A model generated the notes under the pieces. It made no database searches and was not told where the DNA came from. It was given only the letters and a program-made list of their open reading frames with translations. The translations under genes were made by a program, and so were the position numbers. A DNA stretch of 63,395 bases, counting the filler. It is 6 parts of 6 records of this genome, joined end to end, with 100 filler letters (N's around TTAATTAATTAA, not from the genome) between each part and the next. Parts side by side here need not be neighbours in the genome. Positions count along the whole stretch, not along the records: positions 50,826 to 56,557 come from SRR31147125_5268; positions 56,658 to 63,395 come from SRR31147125_5292; 4 more parts are not named here. The stretch is one strand, 5' to 3'. Positions 50,826 through 62,693 of the stretch are shown here, in pieces (the stretch's first letter is position 1; each line of letters begins with the position of its first letter).

Positions 50826-52081
50826 GTTGCTTCTTCCTGCCAATCAGTATCATAAATTGGAGTTCCATCTGCATTAAAAAGCCTTGGATCGCTTAAGTTA
50901 AGCACAGGTTCTTGCCCTGGATCATAACTATCATATTTGGGGGCATTTGCATAACCTTGTCTAAGCACTTCCATGTATTCGGAAGCATTCATCACATCCA
51001 TTTTTTTACGTAGATGTCCGGCACTTACGTAGCCATTATAACTTACTGATATACCTTCTGATTTAAGTCCTCCCTTTGTTGTAATCATTACAACACCGTT
51101 TGAACCTCTTGTTCCATAGATTGAAGATGCAGATGCATCTTTTAGAACTTCCAGTCTTTCAATATCATTGGGATTTAAATATTTTATATTGTCGACAATT
51201 ACACCGTCAACCACATAAAGAGGATCTGTGCTTGAGTTGATTGAACTCATCCCCCGGATAACAACACGTGGCGAACCAGTAGGGGAACCCGAATTTTGGA
51301 AAATGTTAACCCCTGAAAGTTTACCTTTCATTCCCTGGAGAGCATTGAAACTTGGTGTTTTTAATATGTCATCGACATCGGCAACGCCAACAGCACCTGT
51401 TAAGTCAGATTTTTTCATGGTTCCGTAACCGATAACAACAACTTCATCAAGAGACATAATATCCTCTACCAGAACAATATCAACTGTAGTTTGCCCCGTG
51501 GTTTCAATTTCTTCACTAAGGTAACCAACAAAGGAGAATACCAATACTGTATTAGCAGAACTTATTGAGATTGAATAATTACCGTCAATATCTGTTACTG
51601 CCCCATTTGTTGTTCCCTTTTCAACAATATTTACCCCGGGCAGGGACGCTCCTGTTGCATCGGTAACCTTACCCTTAATTATCATTTGTTGCAGGTTACT
51701 TAATTCTGCATTATCCTTAGGGGTTATTACTATTAGATTGTTTTCAAGAACCTTATACGTAACTTTAGACTCCTCGAATAATTCTTTCAAGATATCTGTA
51801 ACCTGACTTTTCTTAGCATAAAGGTTTACTTTTCTGTTTAAATCCATGAACTTGTCATTATAGAAAAAGCGAAACTCGCTTTGATCCTCTATGACATCGA
51901 GAATTTCCTTAACAGTCTTTTTATGAACATCTAAATTAAATGTTTTGTCTTGGGAATAAACTGTTGCAGAGATTTTAAAAACCACAAGAAAGCATAGTAG
52001 CGTTGTTATTTTCATAGTTCTTAATAATTTTTTCAACCATTCCATATGGAACGGAATTTCCGTTTTGTTAATAGTTTTCAT
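50826..52081 (-). CDS. SusC/RagA TonB-dependent transducer with STN domain (3' truncated)
   Basis: STN (IEDQSEFRFFY), LPGVNIVEKGT, VVVIGYG, PLYVVDG, VLKDASASSIYGTRGSNGV. Confidence 0.93.
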
Positions 52082-52317
52082 ACTTTTGTTTTGATTAATT
52101 GAATAATGGTCAACTAAGTTGAGAGGTAGTTGACGTATTAATTTTCACATATATAAAGGAAGGCCATTGGTCTTCCTTTATTTTTTTATTAAAAAAGAAT
52201 TCCATGGCCTTATTAGTTTGTCTTTGTCACGGGATTTTCAATGGCAAACCGAAGAAACGGTAACTCAAAGTTTTCATAGGTTTTAATTTTTATTTAGTTA
52301 AGAAAATAGTTCAACAA

Positions 52318-53478
52318 TTACTCTAAAAGTGGTTTATATCTCTTTTTCAACTCTTTATCTTCACTTAATAATACATTTTTATTATTCACCTCATATTTTA
52401 TGGGTGCTGTTAGTCGAATTACATTTAATACCTGCTCAAGGGTTTCTTTCTGTAATGTACCTTTAAAAGAATAATTTTTCACTTTATCATTTTCAAAATC
52501 GAATGTTACATCGTACATCCGGCCTAACTTTTTTACAAGTTCACCTAAACTCTCCCCGGTAATAAATAGTTGATCATCTTTCCAAGATGTATAAGGTTTA
52601 GGATCATCGATTTCTAAGATTACTGAAGATTTTTTAAGGATAAAATCAATCTCTTCCTCCCTCACTACATTTTCCACAACCTGTTCTTGCTCAATGTGTT
52701 GTTTGATTTCCAGGTTTTCGTTTGACTTTTTGAATACAGCAACCTGATTTGGTTGCAGGTATAAATAATCATTTTTAACCTTGTCGTTTTCTATCTTTAT
52801 CAATCCTTCTACCAGTGTTGTTTGAACAGTTTCATCTCCTTCATACGCCTTAACATTGAAAGATGTACCTAATGCCGTGATTTTTAAGGAAAACGCGTTA
52901 ACTGTAAATGGTTTACTTTTATTAGAAACTACATCAAAGTATGCTTCTCCAACCAAATGAACATCACGTATTTTATCACCATAATTTTTCGCATAGCTTA
53001 GTTTTGAACCTGCGTTTAGGATAACACTCGTACCATCCGGAAGAATAATGGATGATTTTGAACCCAAAGGAGCTTCTATTTGGGTAATCATGCTATTATC
53101 CTTGTCGAGGTTAGACTTAAAATAATGCCAACTCAAGGCTCCCAAAACATAAAATATTAGTATGCTGGCTGCAATTTTTAAAAAGAGCGGTATCTCAAAT
53201 TTAGTTTCAAGTTCTTTTTTATGGCTGGAGTAATTCTTTCCTTCTTTCTTCTTTATTTCTTTGTTAATTGATCTCCAATCTTTTTCTGTATTTGAGATTG
53301 AATTTGAATTATTTGCGATTAACCAGATATTTTTTATTTCCTCAAATAATTCTTGATGTTCTTTGCTTTCCTTTAACCAATCTGTTAATTTCTGTTCATT
53401 TTCCGGGGTTATCTCTCCCGAGAGAAAATCTATAATAAATATTTCTATATCTTCTGATATGTTATTTTTCCAATTCAT
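52318..53478 (-). CDS. FecR-family anti-sigma factor
   Basis: TM KIAASIL, LPDGTSVILNAGSKL, GEAYFDV, ALGTSFNV, C-terminal DUF4974-like region. Confidence 0.92.
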   Translation of the reverse strand: MNWKNNISEDIEIFIIDFLSGEITPENEQKLTDWLKESKEHQELFEEIKNIWLIANNSNSISNTEKDWRSINKEIKKKEGKNYSSHKKELETKFEIPLFLKIAASILIFYVLGALSWHYFKSNLDKDNSMITQIEAPLGSKSSIILPDGTSVILNAGSKLSYAKNYGDKIRDVHLVGEAYFDVVSNKSKPFTVNAFSLKITALGTSFNVKAYEGDETVQTTLVEGLIKIENDKVKNDYLYLQPNQVAVFKKSNENLEIKQHIEQEQVVENVVREEEIDFILKKSSVILEIDDPKPYTSWKDDQLFITGESLGELVKKLGRMYDVTFDFENDKVKNYSFKGTLQKETLEQVLNVIRLTAPIKYEVNNKNVLLSEDKELKKRYKPLLE

Positions 53479-53533
53479 ACTATTTATATTGACACAATTT
53501 AATAATGGAGGTATTACACGTAATTGAAAAAAA

Positions 53534-54085
53534 TTATTTATTTTTTTCAAACGAGGCTCTAATTTGCATTAACGACCTATAAATCTGAACTTTTACTGTG
53601 TTTGGTGAAATATCTAATTTTTCTGCAATTTGTGCATGTGTTAGATTATCATACCTGCTTAGTTTAAAAATCAATTTCCGCTGTTCCGGTAATTCTTCTA
53701 TAGTCTTTTTTAAAATATCATTAAGTTCTTCGGCATAAATTTTTTCAAGAATAAAACTATCAACCGGCTTGTGCAGAAGTTCCAGTTGTTCATCTTCTTG
53801 ATTAGTATCTACAAAGTTCTTTTTGTCTCGTATGTAATTGAGGCATTTGTTTTTTATCCCTTGGTATAAATATCCCTTAAGCGATGTTTTAATATTTATT
53901 TCTGCATGATTCTCCCAGATAGAAACAAAGAAATCTTTCACCAAGTCTTTTGCTTGTTCCTTTACAAAAATAATGCTTTGTGCATACAGGCATAATTGGT
54001 TATAGTAGAGTTTGAAGATATATTCAAATGCTTTCTTATCTCCTTTTTTAAATTTATCTACTATTGATTTTTCGAGTCTAGTCAT
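53534..54085 (-). CDS. ECF sigma-70 factor (Bacteroides expansion family)
   Basis: GDKKAFE.IF, SLKGYLY...KNKCLN, LPEQRKLIFKLSR, EIAEKL.IS.NTVK; -7 box TATCTTTG upstream. Confidence 0.92.
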   Translation of the reverse strand: MTRLEKSIVDKFKKGDKKAFEYIFKLYYNQLCLYAQSIIFVKEQAKDLVKDFFVSIWENHAEINIKTSLKGYLYQGIKNKCLNYIRDKKNFVDTNQEDEQLELLHKPVDSFILEKIYAEELNDILKKTIEELPEQRKLIFKLSRYDNLTHAQIAEKLDISPNTVKVQIYRSLMQIRASFEKNK

Positions 54086-54317
54086 AAAAACAAAATCGAC
54101 CAAAGATATTTAGAATGATAACAATCCCAAAAAAATGATTTGCGATACACCAAACTTAACCTTAAACCGATTTATAGGAAAATATCCAGAATACTGTGTT
54201 ACAATGTCTGGAGAAATATATAGACAAGAAAAATTATTTGTTGAGGTTTATAATTTGTGCTAACCTCAATTGTATTGTTGAGTTTTAATGCCCGAACTCA
54301 AGTTTATTGCGTTATAT

Positions 54318-55604
54318 TCAAGTTGATTTAACTGGCATTTGCTGAAGTGGTTTATTTCCTTTAGTAAAGAGTACCAATACTATCCAACACAATAAATAGG
54401 CTACGCTTGCAATACCGAATATAATGTAATAGTTGCCTGTGTATTCTAAAACCAATCCAACAAAACCCGAAAACAACACACCTCCAACTGCACCACCAAA
54501 TCCGGCTAAACCGGTAACCGATCCCACTGCATTTTTGGGAAAGATATCTGAAACAACCGTAAAAATATTTGCTGAATACCCCTGGTGTGCAAAAGTTGCC
54601 AAAGCGATTAATAAAACAGCTATCCAGAAGTTATTGATCATGGAAACAAAAAATATAGGAACTGCAAACAAAGCCAAAATTAGAATAGCAAATTTTCGTG
54701 CAGCTAAAGGATTTTTACCTTTTTTTATTAAAAATGAAGATAACCAACCGCCAAAAACAGAACCACCTGTTGATACTACATAAATGGTAATTAATGGTAA
54801 TCCAATATTTGTTAAATCGATTCCATAATTTGAATTTAGGAATTTAGGTAACCAATAAAGGAAAAACCACCAGATGGGATCGGTGACAAAACGAGCGAGG
54901 CAAATCCCCCATGTTTGTTTAAATCCAATAATTTTTTTCCATGGTAATTTTTCTTCATTAATTATATCTGCATCGTCTTTTAAGATATATTCTTTTTCTG
55001 CATCTGATACTTTTTTGTTTTCTTCAGGTTTTGAATAAATCGGAATCCAAAACAACAGCCATACAAATCCAAGTAATCCGGTAAGGATAAATGCCCATCT
55101 CCACCCCCAACTTAGTGCAATTAATGGAATCAACAGGGGAGAAAGAATTGCTCCTACATTAGCCCCTGTGTTAAAAAGTCCGGTAGCCAGGGCCCTTTCT
55201 TTTTTTGGGAACCACTCTGCCACGGTCTTTATCGCAGCAGGAAAATTTGCCGATTGTCCAATGCCCAATGTAAAACGTGCCACGGCAAAAGAAGTCATGC
55301 TTCTACCTGCGGCATGGAACATTCCGGCAAGGCTCCAAACTGTAATAGAAATTATGTACCCAAGTTTTGTCCCGATTTTATCGAGCAGGCTTCCCATGGA
55401 AATGAGTCCGATGGCATACGCAGCCTGAAATGCCATGATAATATAACCATAATCTGCTTCGGACCACCCAAACTGCTCCTGTAACTGAGGTGCCAAAATT
55501 CCTAATACCTGGCGATCGATATAATTGATGGTTGTGGCAAAAAATAACAACGACATTATTTTCCACCGATAATTCCCGATTTTTATTTTTCCTTCTACTG
55601 GCAT
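54318..55604 (-). CDS. MFS transporter, ExuT-like hexuronate transporter
   Basis: YRW...LLFFATTINYIDRQ, EWFPKKERALATGLFNTG, RFVTDPIWWFFLYWLP. Confidence 0.88.
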   Translation of the reverse strand: MPVEGKIKIGNYRWKIMSLLFFATTINYIDRQVLGILAPQLQEQFGWSEADYGYIIMAFQAAYAIGLISMGSLLDKIGTKLGYIISITVWSLAGMFHAAGRSMTSFAVARFTLGIGQSANFPAAIKTVAEWFPKKERALATGLFNTGANVGAILSPLLIPLIALSWGWRWAFILTGLLGFVWLLFWIPIYSKPEENKKVSDAEKEYILKDDADIINEEKLPWKKIIGFKQTWGICLARFVTDPIWWFFLYWLPKFLNSNYGIDLTNIGLPLITIYVVSTGGSVFGGWLSSFLIKKGKNPLAARKFAILILALFAVPIFFVSMINNFWIAVLLIALATFAHQGYSANIFTVVSDIFPKNAVGSVTGLAGFGGAVGGVLFSGFVGLVLEYTGNYYIIFGIASVAYLLCWIVLVLFTKGNKPLQQMPVKST

Positions 55605-56557
55605 ATTTCATGAATTAAGTGATACGCTTCTTCTTGCTCTTCCGGATTTTCGCAATAGGTAACCACAATCAATTTCATTCCAGGCACCCATAATCTTGTA
55701 ACATGTTCTTTAATTGTATCCAAATCGCCCACAATACGTGCATTAAGGACTACTCCGGTGTTTGCAAACTGATGGTAGGCTTCCAGGTTATTTGTTGCCC
55801 CGGGATCGGTTTGGGGAGAAAATGCACCATCTGCCATTTTCAATCCTTTCATCTTTAGCACGGAGTCCACCCAACCTGACCAATCACCGCACGAGTGAAA
55901 AACAGGGCCACCCAGCGGACTACAAATTTTCTCAACCGATGGAACTGCTAAATCCAGATAATCTTCAGGCGAAATCATAATGGCGTTATCATCACTCATA
56001 CCGAGGCCCTCCCATGCAGAAGAAGAAGCAAATCCATGACCCGGATAAACCAAAGCACCTCCAATTAGCTCACTTTGCTTTTTATTAAAATGAATCGAGA
56101 GATCTGCAATCCTATCAAAAAGAGTAATAACTTTTTCCCTGTTCATCAGAATTTCAATAAAAAACTGATCCAACGGAAGAAGATGCCCAACCATATTCAA
56201 TGGTGATTGTGTATCTGTATACGAGATTGGCAAACGACCTTTGGTTTTATCCATAAAGTACTCAATCATCTCAAGTGTATGTTTGCCAATGGAAGTTTTT
56301 GCTACTTCTATCGCAGGAAAATCAAGGACTTCATCCAACGTTGAAAATGTTGCTTTCAAGGCCGGTGCATTCCCTTTTGCCCATAAGTAATCACCGCCAA
56401 AAGCGCTGGCAATCGTCCCAATACCGTACCAGGGTTCTAAGAAATTAGGCACATCGGCTTTAAAACCCATGCTTTTCTCTAATGCACCCAATTGCAATTC
56501 CAAAGACTGCTTCATGTCTTTGCATCCATAAGAAAAACATTCGGCAACCCTCATGCG
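55595..56557 (-). CDS. URO-D / MtaA-like superfamily protein (probably 5' truncated)
   Basis: FLEPWYG, TDTQSP, MSDDN..MISP, VFHSCG (HxC); stop overlaps the MFS start. Confidence 0.75.
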   Translation of the reverse strand, partial: RMRVAECFSYGCKDMKQSLELQLGALEKSMGFKADVPNFLEPWYGIGTIASAFGGDYLWAKGNAPALKATFSTLDEVLDFPAIEVAKTSIGKHTLEMIEYFMDKTKGRLPISYTDTQSPLNMVGHLLPLDQFFIEILMNREKVITLFDRIADLSIHFNKKQSELIGGALVYPGHGFASSSAWEGLGMSDDNAIMISPEDYLDLAVPSVEKICSPLGGPVFHSCGDWSGWVDSVLKMKGLKMADGAFSPQTDPGATNNLEAYHQFANTGVVLNARIVGDLDTIKEHVTRLWVPGMKLIVVTYCENPEEQEEAYHLIHEICQ

Positions 56558-56657
56558 NNNNNNNNNNNNNNNNNNNNNNNNNNNNNNNNNNNNNNNNNNN
56601 NTTAATTAATTAANNNNNNNNNNNNNNNNNNNNNNNNNNNNNNNNNNNNNNNNNNNN
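56558..56657. other. Artificial contig spacer
   Basis: N44-TTAATTAATTAA-N44. Confidence 0.98.
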
Positions 56658-56665
56658 CAGTTAAA

Positions 56666-57400
56666 TCAGGCGGTTACACTAATTGTGTGATACTTGACAT
56701 TTTTATCTGTATAAGCGTTTTGCATCAGGTAATTTTGTCTTGCAGATAGTGGTGGAGGATCTCCATCCTCTGTCACTATTTCAGCATCGATCGGTGTGCT
56801 TTCATCAGAAGGCTTTGAAGTTTCTGTATCTTTTGCTTGCACGCCTTCCGAACTTACTCCACTAATTGCTGTTCCGTTGTCAGTTGGTTGCTCCTGGGCC
56901 AATTCTGATTGAGCCTGGATTGCTATTTTTGCAGCTTGTGCCGCTACAGCTCTGTCCTGGCTGGATGGATCGGCTGGAGCCATTGCGGCTGCCTGCACGG
57001 CCTGCATTTTTCTGATTGTTTCTTCAGGAGTTTTCTCTCTGGAGATATCTATACTGACTTCACCGGCAACAGCATACATTCTGCCATCAGGCCCTTTTTT
57101 ATACGAGAAGTTTGCTCCTCCGCGAACATATTGACCACCGGCAGCCATATGAGCTTGTTCATGCGCTCTTACGTCTCTATCTGATGCTTTTAGTTGTTCA
57201 AGGATTTTTTTGGCTTCGTCGGAGAGTTCTACGCTATCTTGTGGAGCCTGGGTGGCTCCTTTTGTTTTTGCAACTTCTTCAGCTTTTGTTACATTTTCAG
57301 TTTTTGACGCACTTGTAGCATTAGCAGTATTTTGCGCTTTTTCGTCCGGTTTTAGCGGTGTTACATTTCTAAGTGCAACTCTGTATGCAGCTATTCTCAT
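56666..57400 (-). CDS. SprA-related family protein (putative metalloprotease-like)
   Basis: DRDVRAHEQAH...GG...Y..GPDGRMYAV.GEVSID...AAMAPADPSSQDRAVAA. Confidence 0.85.
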   Translation of the reverse strand: MRIAAYRVALRNVTPLKPDEKAQNTANATSASKTENVTKAEEVAKTKGATQAPQDSVELSDEAKKILEQLKASDRDVRAHEQAHMAAGGQYVRGGANFSYKKGPDGRMYAVAGEVSIDISREKTPEETIRKMQAVQAAAMAPADPSSQDRAVAAQAAKIAIQAQSELAQEQPTDNGTAISGVSSEGVQAKDTETSKPSDESTPIDAEIVTEDGDPPPLSARQNYLMQNAYTDKNVKYHTISVTA

Positions 57401-57705
57401 CTTAAAGCCTCATCTCCCTTTTAATAATGCAATGAGTGGATTTTATTGTCAAGGGAGAAAGTTGCAAGAAGCTTGTTTTTCACAGTAAGAAAATACAACA
57501 ATCCGTATCGCTATATGGTTGTTTAACTGCCTGAAATAACAGGAAAAACCATGACGCTTTGCATAAACAAGACTATCAAATAAAAAAATAATAAAAAGTT
57601 AGGCGAAACTGTAAAAATTGCTTGATAAACAGCAACTTATCGGTTAGCTTACGCGCCGTCGGAGTAATCTACCGGCGTTCGTTCGTTGTATTATTCACCA
57701 CTTAA

Positions 57706-59097
<1,392 letters not shown>

Positions 59098-59116
59098 GCA
59101 GTCTGAATTACTGAAT

Positions 59117-59153
59117 AAAAAAGCCCCGAAGCATTTCACTTCGGGGCTTTTTT
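59117..59153. terminator. Bidirectional terminator
   Basis: AAAAAAGCCCCGAAG...CTTCGGGGCTTTTTT. Confidence 0.88.
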
Positions 59154-59167
59154 ATATTTTAGGAATC

Positions 59168-59557
59168 TTATTCGCCTTTTTCAAGCCAGGCATTCATTTT
59201 GGCTTCCCATTCAGCATCATCTGCCGAGAAATATCTTTCCCATTCAAAAATACCGGTTTCTTTAGCAATACGCTCGAACTGCATTTTCATGATAGTTTTG
59301 TCTACCAAAACCGATGATCTGACCATACCTTTTTCTTTATATAACTTTTGCCCGTTCTGCATTGTTTGTTGTGCTTCAGGTGCCACCGGTGTAAGACCAC
59401 GCATATCAACCGCTACACAGAATTCTTTTGGAGATGACGTCAGTTCCTTTTTTGATGCTTCTACCCATTCCTGCATCTCATCATTTTTTACCGTGCCGGA
59501 AAAAGCGAGACGATAAACAGCCATGCTGCCTACAGATTCTTTCTTAATTGAGTACAT
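59168..59557 (-). CDS. Small STAS/SEC14 (SpoIIAA-like) fold hypothetical protein
   Basis: RBS GGAGG; LAFSG, VAVDMR, Q...K..GM.RS.V pattern. The fold assignment is inferred. Confidence 0.55.
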   Translation of the reverse strand: MYSIKKESVGSMAVYRLAFSGTVKNDEMQEWVEASKKELTSSPKEFCVAVDMRGLTPVAPEAQQTMQNGQKLYKEKGMVRSSVLVDKTIMKMQFERIAKETGIFEWERYFSADDAEWEAKMNAWLEKGE

Positions 59558-59630
59558 TATTCCCTCCAATAAAAACAATAAAAATCAAGTATTTAAAATT
59601 ATACTAAATTTTCTTATAAGAAATCAAAAT

Positions 59631-59664
59631 AAAAAGCCCGATGCATTAAAAAAACACATCGGGC
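59631..59664 (-). terminator. Terminator downstream of the IgGFc-binding gene
   Basis: GCCCGATG...CATCGGGC with a T-tract on the minus strand. Confidence 0.65.
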
Positions 59665-59692
59665 ATGTTTAAAACCTGTTTTTAGAAAGGGT

Positions 59693-62311
59693 TTAGTATG
59701 GAGTATATGTCAAGTCCAGTCCTGCCGGATAGGCATATGAAACATAGCTGTCATATCCATACACCATAACTCCAAGACGCTTGTTCGATCTTAGTGTATG
59801 TCTACCATCTGCTATATCCATATGCATCATGTATGCATTCAGGCCACCTATTTGGCTGAAGTTTGTGTTCAACTTGTTACCATCGAGGAAGATTTCAGCG
59901 TTGTTTGTTGTGGACAGCAGAGTTAGTTTGTCTGTTTCGTATGTCCCAGGAATCAGGAATACATAATCATATCTGTATTGCTCGACTGGTGGAACAAGAA
60001 CGAACGCCGGATCTCCTTCTTTAGTTGTCTGAGATGGATTGTAGTTTTGGCCTACCAAAAACTGAGCAATCAAAATTGGATGATTTGCATTGGATATTAC
60101 AATGAAGTTTTCTGTTGTTTCGATCATGCAAGTTTCTCCAGCACTAAGTTTTCCTGAGCATGATCTTTCGCCAAAGTAACTCATTTGTGTTAGTACACTT
60201 TTAGGTTTTGTCATTATTTCAGTATCATCCTTTAGAGCCATGATTCTGTATATATTTGGATGATTTTGAAGAGGCGGTTCCATTTTTGCTGCAATGTATT
60301 GAGTTGTCCATGATGAAACAGGGAATATTTGCTGTTCTAAATGATCGCAGGCAGATCTAAAATGCGGTACATATGTGCATTCATTTCCGGAGAAAACAGC
60401 TACTGGTTCGCTTGCTTCAATAAGCGAGCCAGCAAGATCAGAACCGAGACAAATGTTTGCAGTTCCCCCGCTTGGGTTTGGTTGGCAAGTGTCTCTTTTA
60501 ATATAATTATGAGCTTGTGTGTTTGTTTGATTACTGGCTATTTGGAGTATTTCACCCTTGTTGATTGTTGCGCTATGTGTTTGCCCTGGTGTCATTTCCG
60601 GGATGCCGTCTCCTGCTTCTGTTAGCCCCTTGGATGTTATTTTTACCTTAGTGTTGTCTTTTGTAGCTACAATCGTATAAAACACAGGACCAGTGGATAC
60701 TTGGGTCTCTACATCAAAGATTGACTGAGGGTAAGCAATTGGCATATATGTCTTACCAAGTACATGAGTTGGTAGCAGAAGTGAAGCATCATTTGTATGC
60801 GCGAATGTGCCACCAATTTCGGCTGTTATCGGGTTGAACTGGTAAGCGGTTACCGGGATAGTACTCTCAATATGGAACGCATTCTTATCTTTGTATGTAC
60901 ATGTGGTTTTTGCAGAAGTAAATGATCCACAAGTATGATCTTTATATGGAAGTCTGATTGTTGTTTCTGCTTCTGGAGGAACAGGAACAGTTTTCGTGAA
61001 CCCACCGCCAGTGTATGTAACAGTAACCTCCGCTGCAACGGTTTTGTTGGTATTTGAAACAACTACTGCAAATTCTGATTCTTCACCGCTTTTGAAAGCC
61101 GAATCGACGCCGTTTGGTAATGTTACAGCGTAGTACTCACATCCGATATAGGAATTGGAAAGTTTTGCCATTTCGCAAAGACCTACGCATACGCCATCCA
61201 CGCAGCGTTTTCCTTCAACTCCTGGATTACAGGGTTTAAGTCCTCCAAGATAGTCAGTTCCGTCTGCGTTGCATATTTGGATGTTTTGAGCATCTTTACA
61301 TGAAGGTTGGTTAGGTTCACAGATATAGTTGGAGGAAGAACAGCCAGCTTGTGAATCTCTTACACAAACAAGACCAGATGGACAATCCAGAGGATCATCG
61401 TATCCGTCACCTGTGCTGTTGCACCACTGTATTTTTAGCTCGTCGGTACATTTGAAGTCTTTTGCCGGTTCGCAATTACCTTCGACGCATCGGTCAACAT
61501 CGCAAGTCATGCCTGATGGGCAATCCATAGGTTGTGACCAATCAGTTCCATCTGCGTTACAAACTTGAAGTTTGCCTTCTTTGCATCTTGTTTCTACTGA
61601 TGGGGCGCAAACGAGTTGTGATTCGTCGATGCATCTTCCATCGTAACAACGGAATCCGTTTTGGCAGTCTTCCGGGTTTTCCCAGCCGGAACCAGCCGAA
61701 TTGCAGTGTTCAACCTGACCGTTTGTGTTGCATCGTGTTTCTGATTTAGGTGTACAGATTTTTGTTCCTTCGGGCAGACATTTGCCTTTTGATTCGTAGC
61801 AAACTTCTCCTCCCGGACAAGCTTCAGCTTCGTTGAAACCGGAGCCATCGTCTTTGCAAACTTTGAAGTTATTATCATCAATGCATTGTGACTCTTTTGC
61901 AGTACAGGCTGTTGGAGCACCTGTCTTGCATTCGCCATCGATACATGTCATTTCTCCAAGACAAGGAGAAGGAGCATCCCATGTACCTACTGCGCTACAT
62001 GTTTGAATCAGAGTTCCAGCGCAGAGAGTTTGGCCTGTTTCACATTCTTTTGTGATATCAGTGTCTCCATCCGCATTTGGATTTGTACTGACACAGGCAC
62101 CTGAGCCTTCGTCACAAGTCTGGTTTTGTGGACAACGTTGGGGGGCGCCCCATGCTTCATCCGCAGAGCAGACACGGAAAGATGATGTTGATACACATTC
62201 CGATTCGTTTGGTGTACAAGAATCCGATCCACCACTTGAACTGCATGAAATAGCAGTAAAAGCGAACAAAATACAAATTACTAACCCTTTAAAGGTTGGG
62301 CTTATCTTCAT
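59693..62311 (-). CDS. Cys-rich repeat lipoprotein with C-terminal IgGFc-binding domain
   Basis: Lipobox AISC; about 7-8 repeats of C..C..G..W..P..C..G..C..G.C; SYIGCEYYAV, AYQFNP, TNDASLLLP, CDHLEQQ, GDP...VPPVEQY, SYAYPAG. Confidence 0.85.
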   Translation of the reverse strand: MKISPTFKGLVICILFAFTAISCSSSGGSDSCTPNESECVSTSSFRVCSADEAWGAPQRCPQNQTCDEGSGACVSTNPNADGDTDITKECETGQTLCAGTLIQTCSAVGTWDAPSPCLGEMTCIDGECKTGAPTACTAKESQCIDDNNFKVCKDDGSGFNEAEACPGGEVCYESKGKCLPEGTKICTPKSETRCNTNGQVEHCNSAGSGWENPEDCQNGFRCYDGRCIDESQLVCAPSVETRCKEGKLQVCNADGTDWSQPMDCPSGMTCDVDRCVEGNCEPAKDFKCTDELKIQWCNSTGDGYDDPLDCPSGLVCVRDSQAGCSSSNYICEPNQPSCKDAQNIQICNADGTDYLGGLKPCNPGVEGKRCVDGVCVGLCEMAKLSNSYIGCEYYAVTLPNGVDSAFKSGEESEFAVVVSNTNKTVAAEVTVTYTGGGFTKTVPVPPEAETTIRLPYKDHTCGSFTSAKTTCTYKDKNAFHIESTIPVTAYQFNPITAEIGGTFAHTNDASLLLPTHVLGKTYMPIAYPQSIFDVETQVSTGPVFYTIVATKDNTKVKITSKGLTEAGDGIPEMTPGQTHSATINKGEILQIASNQTNTQAHNYIKRDTCQPNPSGGTANICLGSDLAGSLIEASEPVAVFSGNECTYVPHFRSACDHLEQQIFPVSSWTTQYIAAKMEPPLQNHPNIYRIMALKDDTEIMTKPKSVLTQMSYFGERSCSGKLSAGETCMIETTENFIVISNANHPILIAQFLVGQNYNPSQTTKEGDPAFVLVPPVEQYRYDYVFLIPGTYETDKLTLLSTTNNAEIFLDGNKLNTNFSQIGGLNAYMMHMDIADGRHTLRSNKRLGVMVYGYDSYVSYAYPAGLDLTYTPY

Positions 62312-62693
62312 CGAATTACCTCCATTAATACCATATATAGCCCGTGGCAACGACTATCCAGTATCTATCAATATATTTAGTCTGTAAAGGTTTTTCTTTT
62401 ACAATCTACACTGTATAATCAGTATACTAATTTCATGTTTTTTACAAGATTTTCTTGCTTGAATTGCTGTTTATAAAAATCAACTTAAAAGGACTTGTAA
62501 GAACTTGAAAATACTGAGTAAATAGTGTATTGTGAGAGTACACTTTTAAAAGAATATTGGTGTCAAAAAAGGCTGTTTTTCAGCTTTTGCTCAGTACTAA
62601 ATGTGAAAAGGTTTGGTATAAAAACCGTAACGTTGTATACTCTTAAACTATATTTTTTACTTTTATGGGAATAAACAAGGAATAGTTTGGAAA

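Noticed and set aside
52243..52272. GGCAAACC..GAAA..GG..CAAAG string resembling a c-di-GMP-I riboswitch
   Set aside because: It is antisense to the flanking genes, has weak stem pairing, lacks GACGC and has no second hairpin.
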